A DNA stretch of 63,139 nucleotides, counting the filler, from Chiloscyllium plagiosum (Eukaryota): the NCBI RefSeq assembly GCF_004010195.1. It is 4 parts of one record of this genome, joined end to end, with 100 filler letters (N's around TTAATTAATTAA, not from the genome) between each part and the next. Parts side by side here need not be neighbours in the genome. Positions count along the whole stretch, not along the records: positions 44,620 to 60,520 come from NC_057713.1; positions 60,621 to 63,139 come from NC_057713.1; 2 more parts are not named here. The stretch is one strand, 5' to 3'. Shown here piece after piece: positions 48,176-61,134 of this stretch. The notes under the pieces were generated by a model. The model was not told where the DNA came from. It saw only the letters and a program-made list of their open reading frames with translations, and made no database searches. A program made the translations under genes and the position numbers. Every line of letters begins with the position of its first letter. Position 1 is the stretch's first letter.

Positions 48176-49306
48176 GTGGTTTTAGATGATTTTGTTTTAA
48201 GCTGATATTGTTAAGGAAGTGAAGCAAGATGATAGGTGAAGCAATTGGCTCTTTATTTGTGATCATTCAGCATTTTATCCTTCACCATCTCCATTTAGTT
48301 CCTTCCCATTCATGATACTATCAGCACCCCATTGTCAAGAATCTTATATATATGGATTAATAGCATGAATTGAATCTCTGGGGCTCTTGTGGAACAGGGA
48401 TACGGTCTCTACTTTTGGGTCTGAATGTCATAAAGCATTTGAGTTGATTGATTAAAAATATGTACAAGCATTGCCAATTTCTAAAGCTCCCAGTGCAGCT
48501 AGGGTAGGGTTATATTGATCTCTTCTACCCTGTGGAATCCAATTGAATTAATGTCTGAGCCTGGAGAGAGACTGGCTATAGGCTGTTCCATCACTGGGAG
48601 CACTTTATAACTGCAGCTCTCATGGAGTTGTAAGGCACCTGCATTTCAAATCCTCAAAATTTCCCTAAACTTTTTTACAACCAATTAGGAACAAGTACAG
48701 TCATTGTTTTCATTCAAGAAATGAATTTGAACAAAGCCATCTCCCACAAAAAAAAACTGATCAGATCAGATAAACTGTTTTTACAGAAAATGGGAAGAGT
48801 TAAATAAATACTAGCACAGAAATGTGTATGTTCTTCTGTATATAGTGAGATGGGATCTTAAATGGAAAGATAATTTAACATCTCATTCAAAACACAGTGC
48901 CTCCAGCAGTGTAGTAATCATTCATAACTACATTAAATTGTCAGTCCAAATAATGTGTTTTATTCCTGGAGTGGTGGTTGAGCTCATAAACTTCCGATCC
49001 AGACCTTAGAATGGTAGATCAGGTTAACAACTAAATGACATCTAATCATATAAGCATCAGCTTAGGCTGAACAGATTGTCCTCTTGTCAGTGGATCAAGA
49101 GCAGCCACTTCAGATTTTACACAGGCTGACATTCCAGTCCAATTCTCAGGGGCAGTTTCCCTGCCATCCAAGGCATCCTTCTGAAGAGACGTTGAAATGA
49201 GTTGACATCTATTTGTTCTAGCAGCAAAGATTGATAAAAGATGCCACGAGTGATATTCCAAAAAAAGAGAGCAGTTTGTCAATGTACTGGCTAAAGCTCC
49301 CCCTTG

Positions 49307-49617
49307 GGGTGGCATGGTGGCTCAGTGGTAAGCACTGCTTCCTCACAGCGCCAGGGACCCAGGTTCAATTCCCACCTTGGGTGACTGTCTGTGTGGAGTT
49401 TGCACATTCTCCCCGTGTCTGCGTAGGTTTCCTCCGGGTGCTCTGGTTTCCTCCCATAGTCCAAAGATGTGCAGGTCAGGTGAATTGGCCATGCTATATT
49501 GCCCATAGTGTTTGGTGCATTAGTCAGGGGGAATGGGTCTAGGTGGGTTACTCTTCGGAGGGTCGGTGTGGACTTGTTGGGCCGAAGGACCTGTTTCCAC
49601 ACTGTAAATAATCTAAT
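49307..49617 (+). mobile_element. V-SINE (HE1-like), full length
   Basis: GGGTGGCATGGTGGCTCAGTGG head, AGGTTCAATTCCC, V-domain, AATCTAAT tail. Confidence 0.92.
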
Positions 49618-51181
49618 ATAATCAATTTACATCACTAGAGACAAGTTAACTGGCCATTCATTCCATCACCATCTGTATTAGAGTATTTGTCTGCATAAAA
49701 TCTCTTCACTAATTGATGCATTTGCTGAAGCTTATTTTACACATCGTTGTGACAAACGCAAGTACAGGTATATGTTCCCAAACTTAGCTTTGTTAAAATT
49801 CAAACTTAGCGCTGAAATAAAATATTCAGAGAAAATTATGAACTCATGAAGTTTTATTTCCATATCAGAGTTTGGTGGTGCTATTGAAATGGGCAGCTAC
49901 TCCCTGATTGACCTGGTTTGAAACAAATAATAATGGTACCTGTACCAGTAACAACTATGAAGATAATTGGCAATAGTGTCAGACAGACATTTGGTCAGGC
50001 AAACAAAAAAAAATCTATATGGTCTGTAAATTCACTCCGCAATCACATTCTGTGACGGAAGTATCAGGAAAGATCCTTGACAAGCACTAAAAGTGAACTC
50101 GTTTGCTGGGTTTTTATGAGGTAATACCAGAATATATTATATCAATTGTGAAGAGCCGCCAGTGGTGTGTATGTGTGGGTTTCTCTTGAATGCTCTATTG
50201 TTACTGTCTTACCTCTGCTTGTGACGATGTTCTGCAGGCATTGAGAACATCTGTTTCCACAGTAACACAATAGAAGCTCATTGTTCATGAAAGCGATACA
50301 AATTGAATCAGTAGTTTAAGGATTTTTGCATTAGAATTGCCATGAATTTATATTAATGAGGCCTTTTGGCATGCTTGTAGTTATGATGCAGTAAATGTTT
50401 GGAATACTGATTTAAAGGCTTTTGTTTTAGAGAAACCTTGGAAAGATGCTGCTTTGAAATAGCTCCAGGTGCAGAGAGAATTATGGATCTCGGACTCGAT
50501 CCCCATTTCAGAGAACCCTAAAGACCACCCTCAAATCAGTGATATTCTATGATAATCTCATCCAGTAGTTCACCAACTTTCACTGATGATTCATTGTAAT
50601 AATATAAATTACGCATTACCGTATGACCAGAAGAAAAACTAAGAACTAGGTGGAAGAAGGACTATTTATGAAATGCAAATTTCTTAAATGGAACATTGCT
50701 TCGCCTTTTGCATAGGTCATACGGTGACAGCCACTATATTAGTTTGCCAGCTAAGAATAATACAAGAAATAATCAAACTGCCCAGATAGAGAATGTTGCG
50801 ATCTCAAATTATCTGGAAGAAACTTCTCTGCAGGGAGAAAGAGATTTCAAAAGAGCTAATAGTCTTCAGGAGAGTAATTGAGGGGCAGGTCTAAGTACCC
50901 GAACAGTCAGAACCTATGCATCTACTCTCCACCCACAGCAAAAACCTCCAACTATCCAACTACAGAAAATGTTTCAGCTGCTGAATTCTGATTTCAGATT
51001 TACAATCCCTTCACTTCAAAAATATTTTTCAATCGAGCAACTGGCTCTAAAGCTTTAAGTATTATCAAATAGCCACATCAGATTTTTACTAAGTGACTTT
51101 CAGCAATAGTTATACAATGAAGTCATATTTCGTGTTATTTTAAACTAATTATTTGCTCTTGGTTATTTTTAAATTGGATTA

Positions 51182-51373
51182 CGGAGGAACCTTGATTATC
51201 CGGCATTCAATTATCCAAATTTCAGATTATCTGGACAAGATCACAAGGTGCAGATGCTAGGCTAAACTGTGTTATCTGGCATTCAATTATCCGAATATTC
51301 GATTATCTGAACATTTGATTATCCAAACAAATTACTCCCCAGCCGTGACATTCAGATAATCGAGATTCCTCTG
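51182..51373. mobile_element. pogo/Tigger-like MITE with TA TSD
   Basis: TA-CGGAGGAACCTTGATTATCCG ... CAGATAATCGAGATTCCTCTG-TA imperfect TIRs; internal reiterations of ATTCGATTATCC. Confidence 0.8.
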
Positions 51374-51807
51374 TATTAGAAAAAGAAACAAAGAAGGGAG
51401 CAAATACGTTATGAATTCACAATTGACCAATACATGCTGCAGGTACATCTGGTGCTGACAAACTGACTTGTTCTCATTTGTCTCCAGCAGAGGAGACAAG
51501 GTTGATGGAAATTTGGGACATGTTCAAAATTATTAAGGATTTAGGATGAGCAGATGATGATAAACTGTTTCCACTGATCACTAGATAGACAACCAGAGGT
51601 CAAGGATTATGATGAATGACAACAGATGCAGAGCAGAATTAAGGAATGTCTTTAATGCAGTGGATCACTATGATCTTGAATGCATAGCCTGAAAGGTTAA
51701 GAGAAACAGATTTGTTAGTAATTTTCAAAAAAAGGTATAATATGTGTGTGTGTATGTGTGTGGACAGGAAAAGTTATAAGATGTGGACCTATAAACCTGT
51801 TTTTTAA

Positions 51808-52035
51808 CTAGACAGTCCCCGAATTGCAAATGGTTCCATGGGTTCACAAGTTGATTCTTATGCAAGTTGGAACATTTGCAGACAATGTAAAATTACCATT
51901 GTTTAAGAACAAGAAACCATTCAGATGATGGATCCTTAAAATTATATCCCTGTATGGGATTGTGTTTGTAAGTATGAACGTTTGTAATTGGGTCATTCTT
52001 AAATTGGGCCATTCTTAAATTGGGCTCTCCTGCAT
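51808..52035. mobile_element. Possible decayed Tigger-like MITE
   Basis: Left TAGACAGTCCCCGAATTGCAAA vs right TTCTTAAATTGGGCTCTCCTGCA. Confidence 0.4.
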
Positions 52036-54462
52036 AAAGAACATCACCTCACTACCTCTGATCCAATTCACTAGGTATGAGTGATGTTTCAAATATAATA
52101 ATTGCTGTTACGTTGAAATATTGCAGATCATGTCCTTAGAAAGTGATCATTGTTTGTCTCTGTTCTATAGTTACATTCCAGTAACGCAGCCAGCTTCCTG
52201 GTTGTATACAGAATGTGGTGTTAACTAACTAGGACAGTCTGACAAGTGATGCACTCTCAAAATATCCTCATGACATTGCCAACCAGTGTTGTCACTACAG
52301 GGAAATCTGTATCCATTATCGTGTTATGTTGATGCTTCATGACTGCAATTGTACTCTTGCTGTTAAAATAGCTGCTCCTAATCCTTAAAAATACGGTGAC
52401 TGTCAAAAGGAGCCTTTAATAAATGGGCAACCAGCTAGTTACTAATGTGTATGGAGATGAGTGTGTCAAGAACATAGGAGTATGGCCTTCAGCTCTTTAT
52501 GCCTCTGCCTCCATTCAAGAGGGATCTGCATCTCCTAACCATTTATTCACCTTTCTACTTCCTTCTGTGAAGAAAAGGTGCCTGATTTCCCTTCGAAATA
52601 GTTTCACTCTAATTTTATGATTATGTTCTCTTGTTCTTGATGACCGTACCACAGAAAATAATTTCTCAGAGCTGAATCTTCCCTGAACGGCCTGGGCAAT
52701 GATGAGTCAGCTGGGAAAATATAGTGCAATCAGATAATGAGATTCCCGCAGTGAGAGAAAAAAGGCTGGTCTTGCAATCAAGGTCTGAGCAGTGAGACAA
52801 GAATCTCACTCGTGAGTGGTGAGAGGCTTATTCACATCGCATTATTTACTTATTCTTGCCTCATTTACATGCATTGTGTGATTCTTCACAAGGTAGAGAG
52901 GAAGTGGATTGCTGCCATTACTCCTCCAGGCTTCACCTTGGCCAGTGCACACCAACACTTCTGGGCGTGATTCATTGGTCCGGAATGCCGGCACTCCCCT
53001 TCCACAGAACTTGGCATCAGATCTGCACCAGCCTCACATTGGACTCACTTAGAATAGGTTCTTTACTTCAATGTAGCACTTTATGTATTGACACCTTGCA
53101 TGCCAATGCTGCTACCAGGCCGCTTTACGCCCACAGACAGGCACCTATCTTATGGGTTGGAATAGAATGCATCTCAGGGCTGTTGGCTTGTTCTTCTAGC
53201 TTTGTACCTACGTGGATGTTCACAGCTTCCCCGCCTTGCCTTGTCATGCCTTTCTGTACACTACCACATTATTGACACAGTCAGATGGGTGCTTGGGGGG
53301 AAGTAAGGGTCAGGGGTTCCATATCAATAGAGTCCAGGGAGTGTGCCACAGTCAGTCCTGTAGATCCAGTGTAACCAGACAGGGCAAGGAAGTAAGAAAG
53401 TCACAGACTGCACAGAGATCGTAAAGGGCAAATTGTCCTCTAAGGTGCAGAGTTGCATAGCAACTGAAGGTCTGTTCAAGCCAATCAGTGTGCTGACACG
53501 TTTGCTTCCGGTTTTGGAAGGACATGGACCTCAGAGGTTCTTGCCCCAAAAGAAATTAGAGGGAGCTTGGTCACTTATCAGTTGAGGCTGAAGGCCATGG
53601 TCACTCATGAACAATGATAAGATGCTATGCTATACTGGATGCTAAGGAAAGAGTAACACTCCCCTCAATTAGGTTCTAATATGAGATGGCTCAGGACAGG
53701 AGCCCATGTAGCTTGATTCTTGTAGCTGTACTGACAATGACAGTTGATCAAACAGATGTTGATGTAAATTGAAATACATTTATGAATGTTAGTATTTCCA
53801 GTACACTGACACTTATGCCACTTGTGTACTCTCAGAAGCTTTTTTATTTGTTACCCTCCATTCTGTGTGCTTTGAAGAGCTACTCATGGTCAGCAACCAG
53901 TGATGGAAATTCCAGAAGGTCTGGGCACTGAGCAGTATGGTTCTGCTGGTGGGTGGGCAATGCTGGAGAGCAGTGCCATAGAGATCTGGTGCATACATAG
54001 TGAGGTGAACAGCATGAGGGTAACTCCTCGGACCAATTTGTGTTCAAATTCAGCCATTGATTCTAACCTATCAATTTCTTTTAACAGATCACATGCAGTT
54101 TCCTATACTTGAATTAATTCCAGCCAAGTTTCTGCAGCGTCCTTTCTTAAGGTGATCCTGTACCCTGTTACCCCCCCCCCCCCAACTCCCAGTCCACCCA
54201 ATATTGATGGTGGATGGGAACATGATCAGCATTAGGAAAAGGAATTAGGATATAACACTACAGTTCTTGGTTCACAAGCAAGTAGTGCCACCCCTTTGCA
54301 CTGATTGTAAGGTTTCCATCACTGCAGTGTAATACCAGCAGCAATAGCATGTACACTTCATGGCAGCTGGCCTCATCTTGTATCCCAGCGTAGCTCCATA
54401 AGAGAAAGACTTACACTGGTTAAGAAAGTGAAGAGTGCCTTACTACTATGTTAAGACTACCC

Positions 54463-56826
54463 AAGAGATCAGTCTATCTGTCATAATATTGAGGTCTGGT
54501 GCCAATGACAGAAATGCCAATGGCATTTTTCACCAACGCTTTGCTTCTGGACAATGAAAAGATATCTACTGACATAATAGAGGTCTCTTCTCCAGAGACG
54601 GTGAGATGTAACATATACGTTAGGAGTAAACAAGTTAAAAGTACTCAAGTTTTGCATCACTTACAAAAAAAACATATTTGCTAGACAACTCTTCCTCTTT
54701 ATCAGTTAAGGGAAATCTGCCAAATGAAGCCAGTCAACAACCTCAACCAACGTTAGTCTGTACAACAATTTTACAAAAAAAAACACTTTATTTTGTATTT
54801 ATTCTTCTTTCTGGGCAAAACAATTCTTCAGTTGGGACACCTTTGAAATAACTGTGTTGGAGAGATTGTGTGGTAATGTCTTCCTCAGCCTCAGTTTTCC
54901 AACTCACTTCTGTCCTGCCTCTAGCCTCCAGTTCCTTTCTCTCCATCCCTGTAGTTGACCACTCACTATCCTTCTTCTCTTATTGTCTAGTCCATTTTTC
55001 TTCTGCTCCTGTTCATCTCTGTCCATCCATTTGGTTTCAAACTGCCCACTCTCCAGTGGCTTTCTCTTCTGCCCCTATTTCTTGTTCCTCTCTCTTGAGG
55101 TCTTCAATGCCATTCTCTTAAGCCCCTGCTCTCCAGTTTTCTTCTCTCCTGCCAATGTTCTGCAGTTATCTCTCTTCAGTCACTGGTCTCCATCCCCCTT
55201 CAGTCCTGTCCGTGTTCACCAGTTCTAGACTCTCCAGTCCCTTTGTCTCTTGCTGATCCAGTTGTATTTCTTGAGTTTTCGCTCTCCAGCCCAGCAATCC
55301 TCTCTTCCCTGTGTTTTGTCTCCAGTTCCCATTGTTAGCACATTTTCCTACAGTTTGTTTATCTCTCTCTCTCATTGCTGACGTTCACTGTCACTGGACA
55401 TGTGCAGTGATTGCAGAGGTTTGTAACAACATGCATTAAAATAAATTATGTTGCTGCCTAGGAGCCATGACAATGCATCCCAATGCTGCAGGCATTTCAT
55501 CTTTAATTCATTCCTTTTGACTATAAAGAGTGGAATGACATGATATATTTTGAAAACGAACGAGATCAAAATACATTAGAAAAGGTTGTTTTAGGTTTGG
55601 GTGTAAGTTGTGTATTATGAAAGCATTGTATGTAAGTTGAAACAGCAAATTTCATGGCTTTTAAGGGACACAGTTGCCATTTGCTAGTTCCCTAAAAGTC
55701 TCCCTTCAAAGCCATTTCCTTGCCGTTGCTATTTTCTTTTTCTGATATATTTAGAAATGTTCATCTAGGTCCTTTATAAAGAAAATTATGGTTGAAATGT
55801 TTGCACTTTTTGACCAAGTGTTTGTCACCATGAGGTCCATGGTGAGCAGCCCTTTCTCACACAGTTGTCCACTTCTCAGCTCATTAACTAAGGAACTGGC
55901 CCCTCCAGTGTTCAGCTTGTGGAACAATGCATGAGAAGAAGCAGAAGTGCTTACCTCTGCTAGGATCTTGCATCATTTACACTACTGGGGCATCTTTAAA
56001 CTGCAGTTCCATAGCACTTCAGCTGCTGCAAGCCAGAAATTTCATTTCACAGTCTGCTGGTCAACTGTCAATACTGAGGACAAGGCACATCTGAACACCT
56101 CATCTACTGCTTCCATTGCTCACAAAGTGGTCTCCACTACACTGGGGAGACAGGACGCCAACTGGCGGAACATTTCAGGGAACATCTCTGGGACGCACGC
56201 ACCAAACAACCCCATCACCCTGTGGCCGATCACTTCAACTCCCCCTCCCACTCTACCAAGGATATGTGAGTCCTGAGCCTCCTCCACCACCAAATTCTAG
56301 CCACCCAACGTCTGGAAGAAGATTACCTCATCTTCCTCCTTGGGACCCTCCAACCACATGGAATCAATGTCAACTTCACCAGTTTCCTCATCTCCCCTCC
56401 CCCCAGATCCAACCATCCAACTTAGCACTGACCTCTTGAACTGTCCTACCTTTGAACTGTGTTACCTTTGAACTGTCCTACCTGCCCATCTTCCTTCCCA
56501 CCTATCCGCTCCATCCACCCCTCTGACCTATTACCACCACCCCTCATCTACATCCACATATTGCATTCCCACCTCCTTTCTCCCAGCCCCACACCCATAA
56601 TCCTATTTATTGCTCAGCCCCTTTCCCACCTCCACATTCCTGATGAAGGGCATACGCCTGAAACATTGACTCTGCTGCTCCTCGGATGCTGCCTCTACTA
56701 TGTCAGTAGCTATCCTTTCATTGTGCAGAAGCAAAATGTTGGTGAAAAATGTCATTGGCATTTCTGTCATTGGCACAAGATCTCACTATTATTACTTTGT
56801 ATCATTTACAGACAGACTGATCTCTT
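54463..56826. repeat. Long-range inverted repeat (arms 54463-54583 and 56692-56826)
   Basis: GTGCCAATGACAGAAATGCCAATGGCATTTTTCACCAAC...CTACTGACATAATAGAGG vs its reverse complement at 56692-56826, with one ~14-nt indel. Confidence 0.85.
56094..56694 (+). mobile_element. PLE 3' fragment (GIY-YIG end + pLTR with decayed hammerhead)
   Basis: CTACACTGGGGAGACAGGACG..CACTTCAACTCCCCCTCCCACTC; CTGATGA 56640-56646 and GAAAC 56660-56664; 16-bp unit x3 at 56436-56483. Confidence 0.85.
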
Positions 56827-57067
56827 TGTGTTTTTCCAGCCCCATCCTTTTCAACTCATGACACAGAAAGACAAGTTAGTCCTTTGATTTGTTGACAGGG
56901 ACCTGCAGATACTCTGAAAGAGATGGTGAAAAGGAGGTATGGTGCTCCAACATGTTGCCTGTCATGAAAGACTTCACTGCACAACACTTGAATATAACCC
57001 TTGTAAATAATCTAACCTCAGCTCTGCTGCCTTGTCTCTAACAGTGAACAATGTGCAGGTACTTAAA

Positions 57068-57688
57068 GTATGGTATGTTTTCCTTTATTAGTCAGAGAGT
57101 TGAGTACAGGAGTTGGGAGGCCATGTTGTGGCTGTTGGAATATTGCGTGCAATTCTGGTCTCCTTCCTATCGGAAAGATGTTGTGAAACTTGAAAGTGTT
57201 CAGAAAAGATTTACAAGGATGTTGCCAGAATTGGAGGATTTGAGCTATAGGGAGAGGCTGAACAGGTTGGGGCTGTTTTCCTTGGAGCGTTGGAGGCTGA
57301 GGGGTGACCTTACAGAGGTTTACAAAATTATGAGGGGCATGGATAGGATAAATAGACAAAGTCTTTTCCATGGGGTTAGGGGAGTGCAGAACTAGAGGGC
57401 ATAGGTTTAGGGTGAGAGGGGAAAGATGTAAAAGAGACCTAAGGGGCAACTTCTTCATGCAGAGGGTGGTACGTGTATGAGCTGCCAGAGGAAGTGGTGG
57501 AGTCTAGTACAATTGCAACATTTAAGATGCATTTGGATGGGTATATGAATAGGTTTAGAAAGATATGGGCCACGTACTGGCAGGTGGGACTAGATTGGGT
57601 TGGGATATCTGGTTGGCATGGACAGGTTGGACTGAAGGGTCTGTTTCCGTGCTGGGACATCTCTATGACTATGACTCTATGACTCTAA
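57068..57688 (+). mobile_element. CR1 LINE 3' end
   Basis: LEYCVQFWSPSYRKDVVKLESVQKRFTRMLP; (ATGACT)n-type tail. Confidence 0.92.
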
Positions 57689-59559
57689 GAGTAACTGCCT
57701 GAGATGACATTCTACTCAATCTGTTTATTTCTATTTAAAAGTTGTTTTTGTTTTGGCTGCTTTATCATTTAGCTGTTTTGCTTTGAATAAATGCAGTGAC
57801 AGTTTCTTAAATCTCTGCAACTGTTCCCGACTACTCATGTATTGTCCCTATGTATAATGCAGCAGTTCAAGAAGGCAAATAGTTAACTCAGATATGGTCA
57901 CATTCCATACCATACCATCATTTTACTTTCCTATTTCATATCTTCAGATTTTAAAAAATATTTTCCTCTTATTTTCTAGACTTTAAAATGAAAATTATCT
58001 TTATAGTCTCATCAAAAAACTTGATTTCTCATGCTGCCCTGATTTTGATTGTGAAAAGAACAATGTTTCACTTCTTTAATTACATGCTCACACATCAAGA
58101 GAACAGATTATGTACAAACAGCAATACACACACCTTTTACAACCATTCACTGTCATCTTGTCTCTGTTTCCCTTGAAGGTTTTGCCTTTTATTTTTGCTG
58201 AATTTTTTTCAACCTTCAACTTTTGATACATTTGAAGGGAATTCATGAAAATTCGTAGGAAACCAAAAGGGAAAAAAAGAACTTGAAGCTGTAATTGTCT
58301 TAAAAAGCAAAACCAGGCTATATTCGTTTGCCTTTCTTTTGTCTGAGACATGTTAACTGAGGCCTTTTTTGTCTTTAATTGGAAGAAAGTATCTTAAGAT
58401 ACTTTTTCACACCTCTCCAAACGGTCAACATTTATCCCTCAATCAACACCAACGAAACAGGTCATCTGGTTATTTCTCTCATCGTTACTTCATGGGACCC
58501 ATCTGAGTGCAACCTTCCTCTCGTGTTCTCCATATTTCAGCAGTGATCACACTTCAATAACATCTCAAAATTTATTTGTTGGCTGTGGTACGCTTCACCT
58601 CTTGTAAGAATGTAAATCTAATTCTCCCTTTTTTTTAATAAGGTCCTGTTCAACTTAATTCAGCTTCCTTAGGGAATGTTCTCTTCAGTTTTTGAATTGC
58701 GGTGATATATTAAAGTGCTGAACATCTGGTATTACAATTCATTTTCTGTGTGAAATTAACTTTACATAGATCACTGTGTACTACAAAATAGTACAGACAG
58801 TCATTTGTAAAATTAATATTAAAAGACACAGATATTTACTTGGAAAAGTCAGCTTTATTCAAAGCCATTATTTAAGATGAAATTAAATGAATTCTTTTGA
58901 TAAATTTCTGATTTGTGTTGGAACATCCAGTACAAGCTCATTTGGGTTTTGAATAGAAACTAATGGGTGAGTGTCAGCAATTGGAAGAAAAAGATGTGAC
59001 AGGAATGGTAATAAAGAGTCAGAAGACCTGCACGGGCTCAGAGGAGTCAGAGGAGTAATTAAAAGGAAAGAAGACTAGTCAGATTAAACAAAAGACTAGT
59101 TAATCCAAGTTTTTTCATACTTCTAGAAAGATCTTACAGTCATTACACTATATGAATCTTCTTTGAAGATTCCAAGATCTCCACATCTGTAGAAAACATC
59201 CATTCCTTTGGTAATTGTTATTTGGGTAAAGGCTTCCTGACATCAATTCTAATTCTGTCTTTTCATGACTTTAACATTGTATTTGTACCTTTTTGCCCTT
59301 TTCCCACAGTTGAGTTTAATTTTCAACTCAGTAGAAGCATATAACAGTACTGGATGTTCACTGGTTAGACTGTCTTGCCAATATAACCAACATACTGCCT
59401 CCAATGTTATGTCCCCTGTTGTAATTGAAAGCTGTGCTCAAGGCTTAGTTTGTCCACACCATCGTTCAATCTTGCATATCATTTTAAGACAATCTCCTTG
59501 TTCCCTCCTCCATTCTTTTGAAAACGTAGATCTAACCACAGGGTTGAACCTTGTCATTT

Positions 59560-60520
59560 GAGAGAAATTAGGAGAAATTTCTTCACCCAGAGAGTGGTGA
59601 TCCTGTGGAACTCTCAGCCACAGGAAACTGCTGAGGCCAAAACATTGAAGATTTTCAAGAAAAAAGTAAATATAATTCTTAGGACTGAAGGGATCAAAGG
59701 ACAGTGGGAGAAAGCAGGAACAGGATGCTAAATTGGATGATCAGCTATGATTGTAATGAATGGCAAAGCAGGCTTGAAGGGCCAAATAGCCTACTTCTGC
59801 TTCTGTAGTCTATGCTTCCAAGTTTCTCTCTTGTGCCTTGACCACTAAAAGGCCTGCCTTGGGCCTCATGCTCAAGATGCCATGCTTAAGAAATTGGAGC
59901 TTGGTTCCTTGGGCAAATTCTGCCTGTAACCAATAAGGCAGGATGCATCACCTTTAAAATTATAGAATCATGCAACATGGAAAAGGCCCTTCAATCCATC
60001 AAGACTGTAATGACAAAACTACACTAAAACTAGATTAGTCCCACTTTCCAGCACTTGACTTATAGCCTTGAAGGTTCTGACATTTCAAGTGCTCAATACG
60101 CGTTAAAGGTTGTGAGGTTTCCTGCCTCAATGAATCTCCCAGGCAGTGCATTCCAGAGTTGCACCACTGATTGAGGATTTTTTTTCCCTCAAATAACCTA
60201 TTAGCTTCCTGCCTTTCACTTTAAAATTAGACCTCCTTGTTATTGACCCTTCAACTGAGGGGAACATCAGCTTTCTATCCATCTTGCTCATAATGTTATA
60301 CACCTCAGTCAGGGCCAGCAACCATAATTCTATTCGTTTTAAAATAGTGATGGAAAAGGATAGACCAGATCTAAAAGTTGAAGTTCTAAATTGGAGAAAG
60401 GCCAATTTTTACGCTATTAGGCAAGAACTTTCGAAAGCTGATTGGAGGTAGATGTTCGCAGGTAAAGGGACGGCTGGAAAATGCGAAGCCTTCAGAAATG
60501 AGATAACAAGAATCCAGAGA
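59560..60520. mobile_element. CR1 fragments (plus 59560-59815, minus ~59960-60320, plus ~60330-60520)
   Basis: Similarity to CR1 3' ends and post-APE linker (CTAAATTGGAGAAAGGCCAATTTT). Confidence 0.65.
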
Positions 60521-60620
60521 NNNNNNNNNNNNNNNNNNNNNNNNNNNNNNNNNNNNNNNNNNNNTTAATTAATTAANNNNNNNNNNNNNNNNNNNNNNNN
60601 NNNNNNNNNNNNNNNNNNNN
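60521..60620. other. Artificial contig spacer 44N-TTAATTAATTAA-44N
   Basis: 12-mer at 60565-60576. Confidence 0.97.
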
Positions 60621-61134
60621 TGTTTTAAAATATTCTCAAGGTCAGGTTCGTAGGAGAGTAGTCTGACACAGGACAAACGACCAAGAGGCGAGTCTGCTCG
60701 AATATGGGCATTTTATTCCCCGCAGCGTCGCCACAACCAGGTCTCATACTTACAACGGGTCTGGCTTATACTCACTCTACATGTTACTGGAACTGGGAGC
60801 CGTCAGTTCTCGTAGAGCGGTTGCCAACAACCCACGCTCGGCGGTTAAATGTAACCCCGGAGCAGACTCACCGAACTGGAGACTTTTCCAGCTGATATAC
60901 TCTTTTCCAGATATAAACATTCATGTGAACAGCAGAGCAAGGCTAAAAAACACATTCCATTCTGGTTACATACAGATAAGAAGATTCACACGGGGAGGTG
61001 TGTAATAAGATTCACACGGGACTAAGCAACACCTCCATTCCGGTTAGATTCACACATGTATTGGGACATAATTTTTAACCGTTTCACTCTGTACTGTTAA
61101 AAATATGTGAGTGTGTACATAAGTCTCACTTTCA
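60621..61134 (-). mobile_element. Probable retroviral/LTR-element long terminal repeat (514 bp)
   Basis: Minus strand starts TGAAAG and ends AAAACA (TG...CA). U3-like reiterated AGATTCACAC (60982, 61008, 61046), TATA-like near 60895-60917, AATAAA at 60712-60717. Abuts a truncated L1 ORF2. Confidence 0.6.

Noticed and set aside
47868..49617. tRNA-like A/B boxes
   Set aside because: Heads of SINEs continuing into V-domain and LINE-derived tails; no complete cloverleaf gene.
51190..51330. Short repeated ATTCGATTATCC units suggesting a CRISPR-like or binding-site array
   Set aside because: No unique spacers; eukaryotic context; they are internal reiterations of a MITE's TIR.
52670..54055. Possible Harbinger-like remnant bounded by GCTGAAT...ATTCAGCC; similar GC-richer tract at ~41000-42400
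   Set aside because: Termini too short and no convincing transposase peptide could be read.
54740..55400. Possible last exon/polyA region of a neighbouring gene (AATAAA twice on minus near 54788-54803)
   Set aside because: No recognisable coding exon or splice structure; hexamers are common in AT-rich DNA.
22060..60576. Palindromic TTAATTAATTAA recurring three times
   Set aside because: Each copy is centred in exactly 44N+12+44N: a scaffolding linker with six-frame stops, not biology. Adjacency across these spacers is uncertain.
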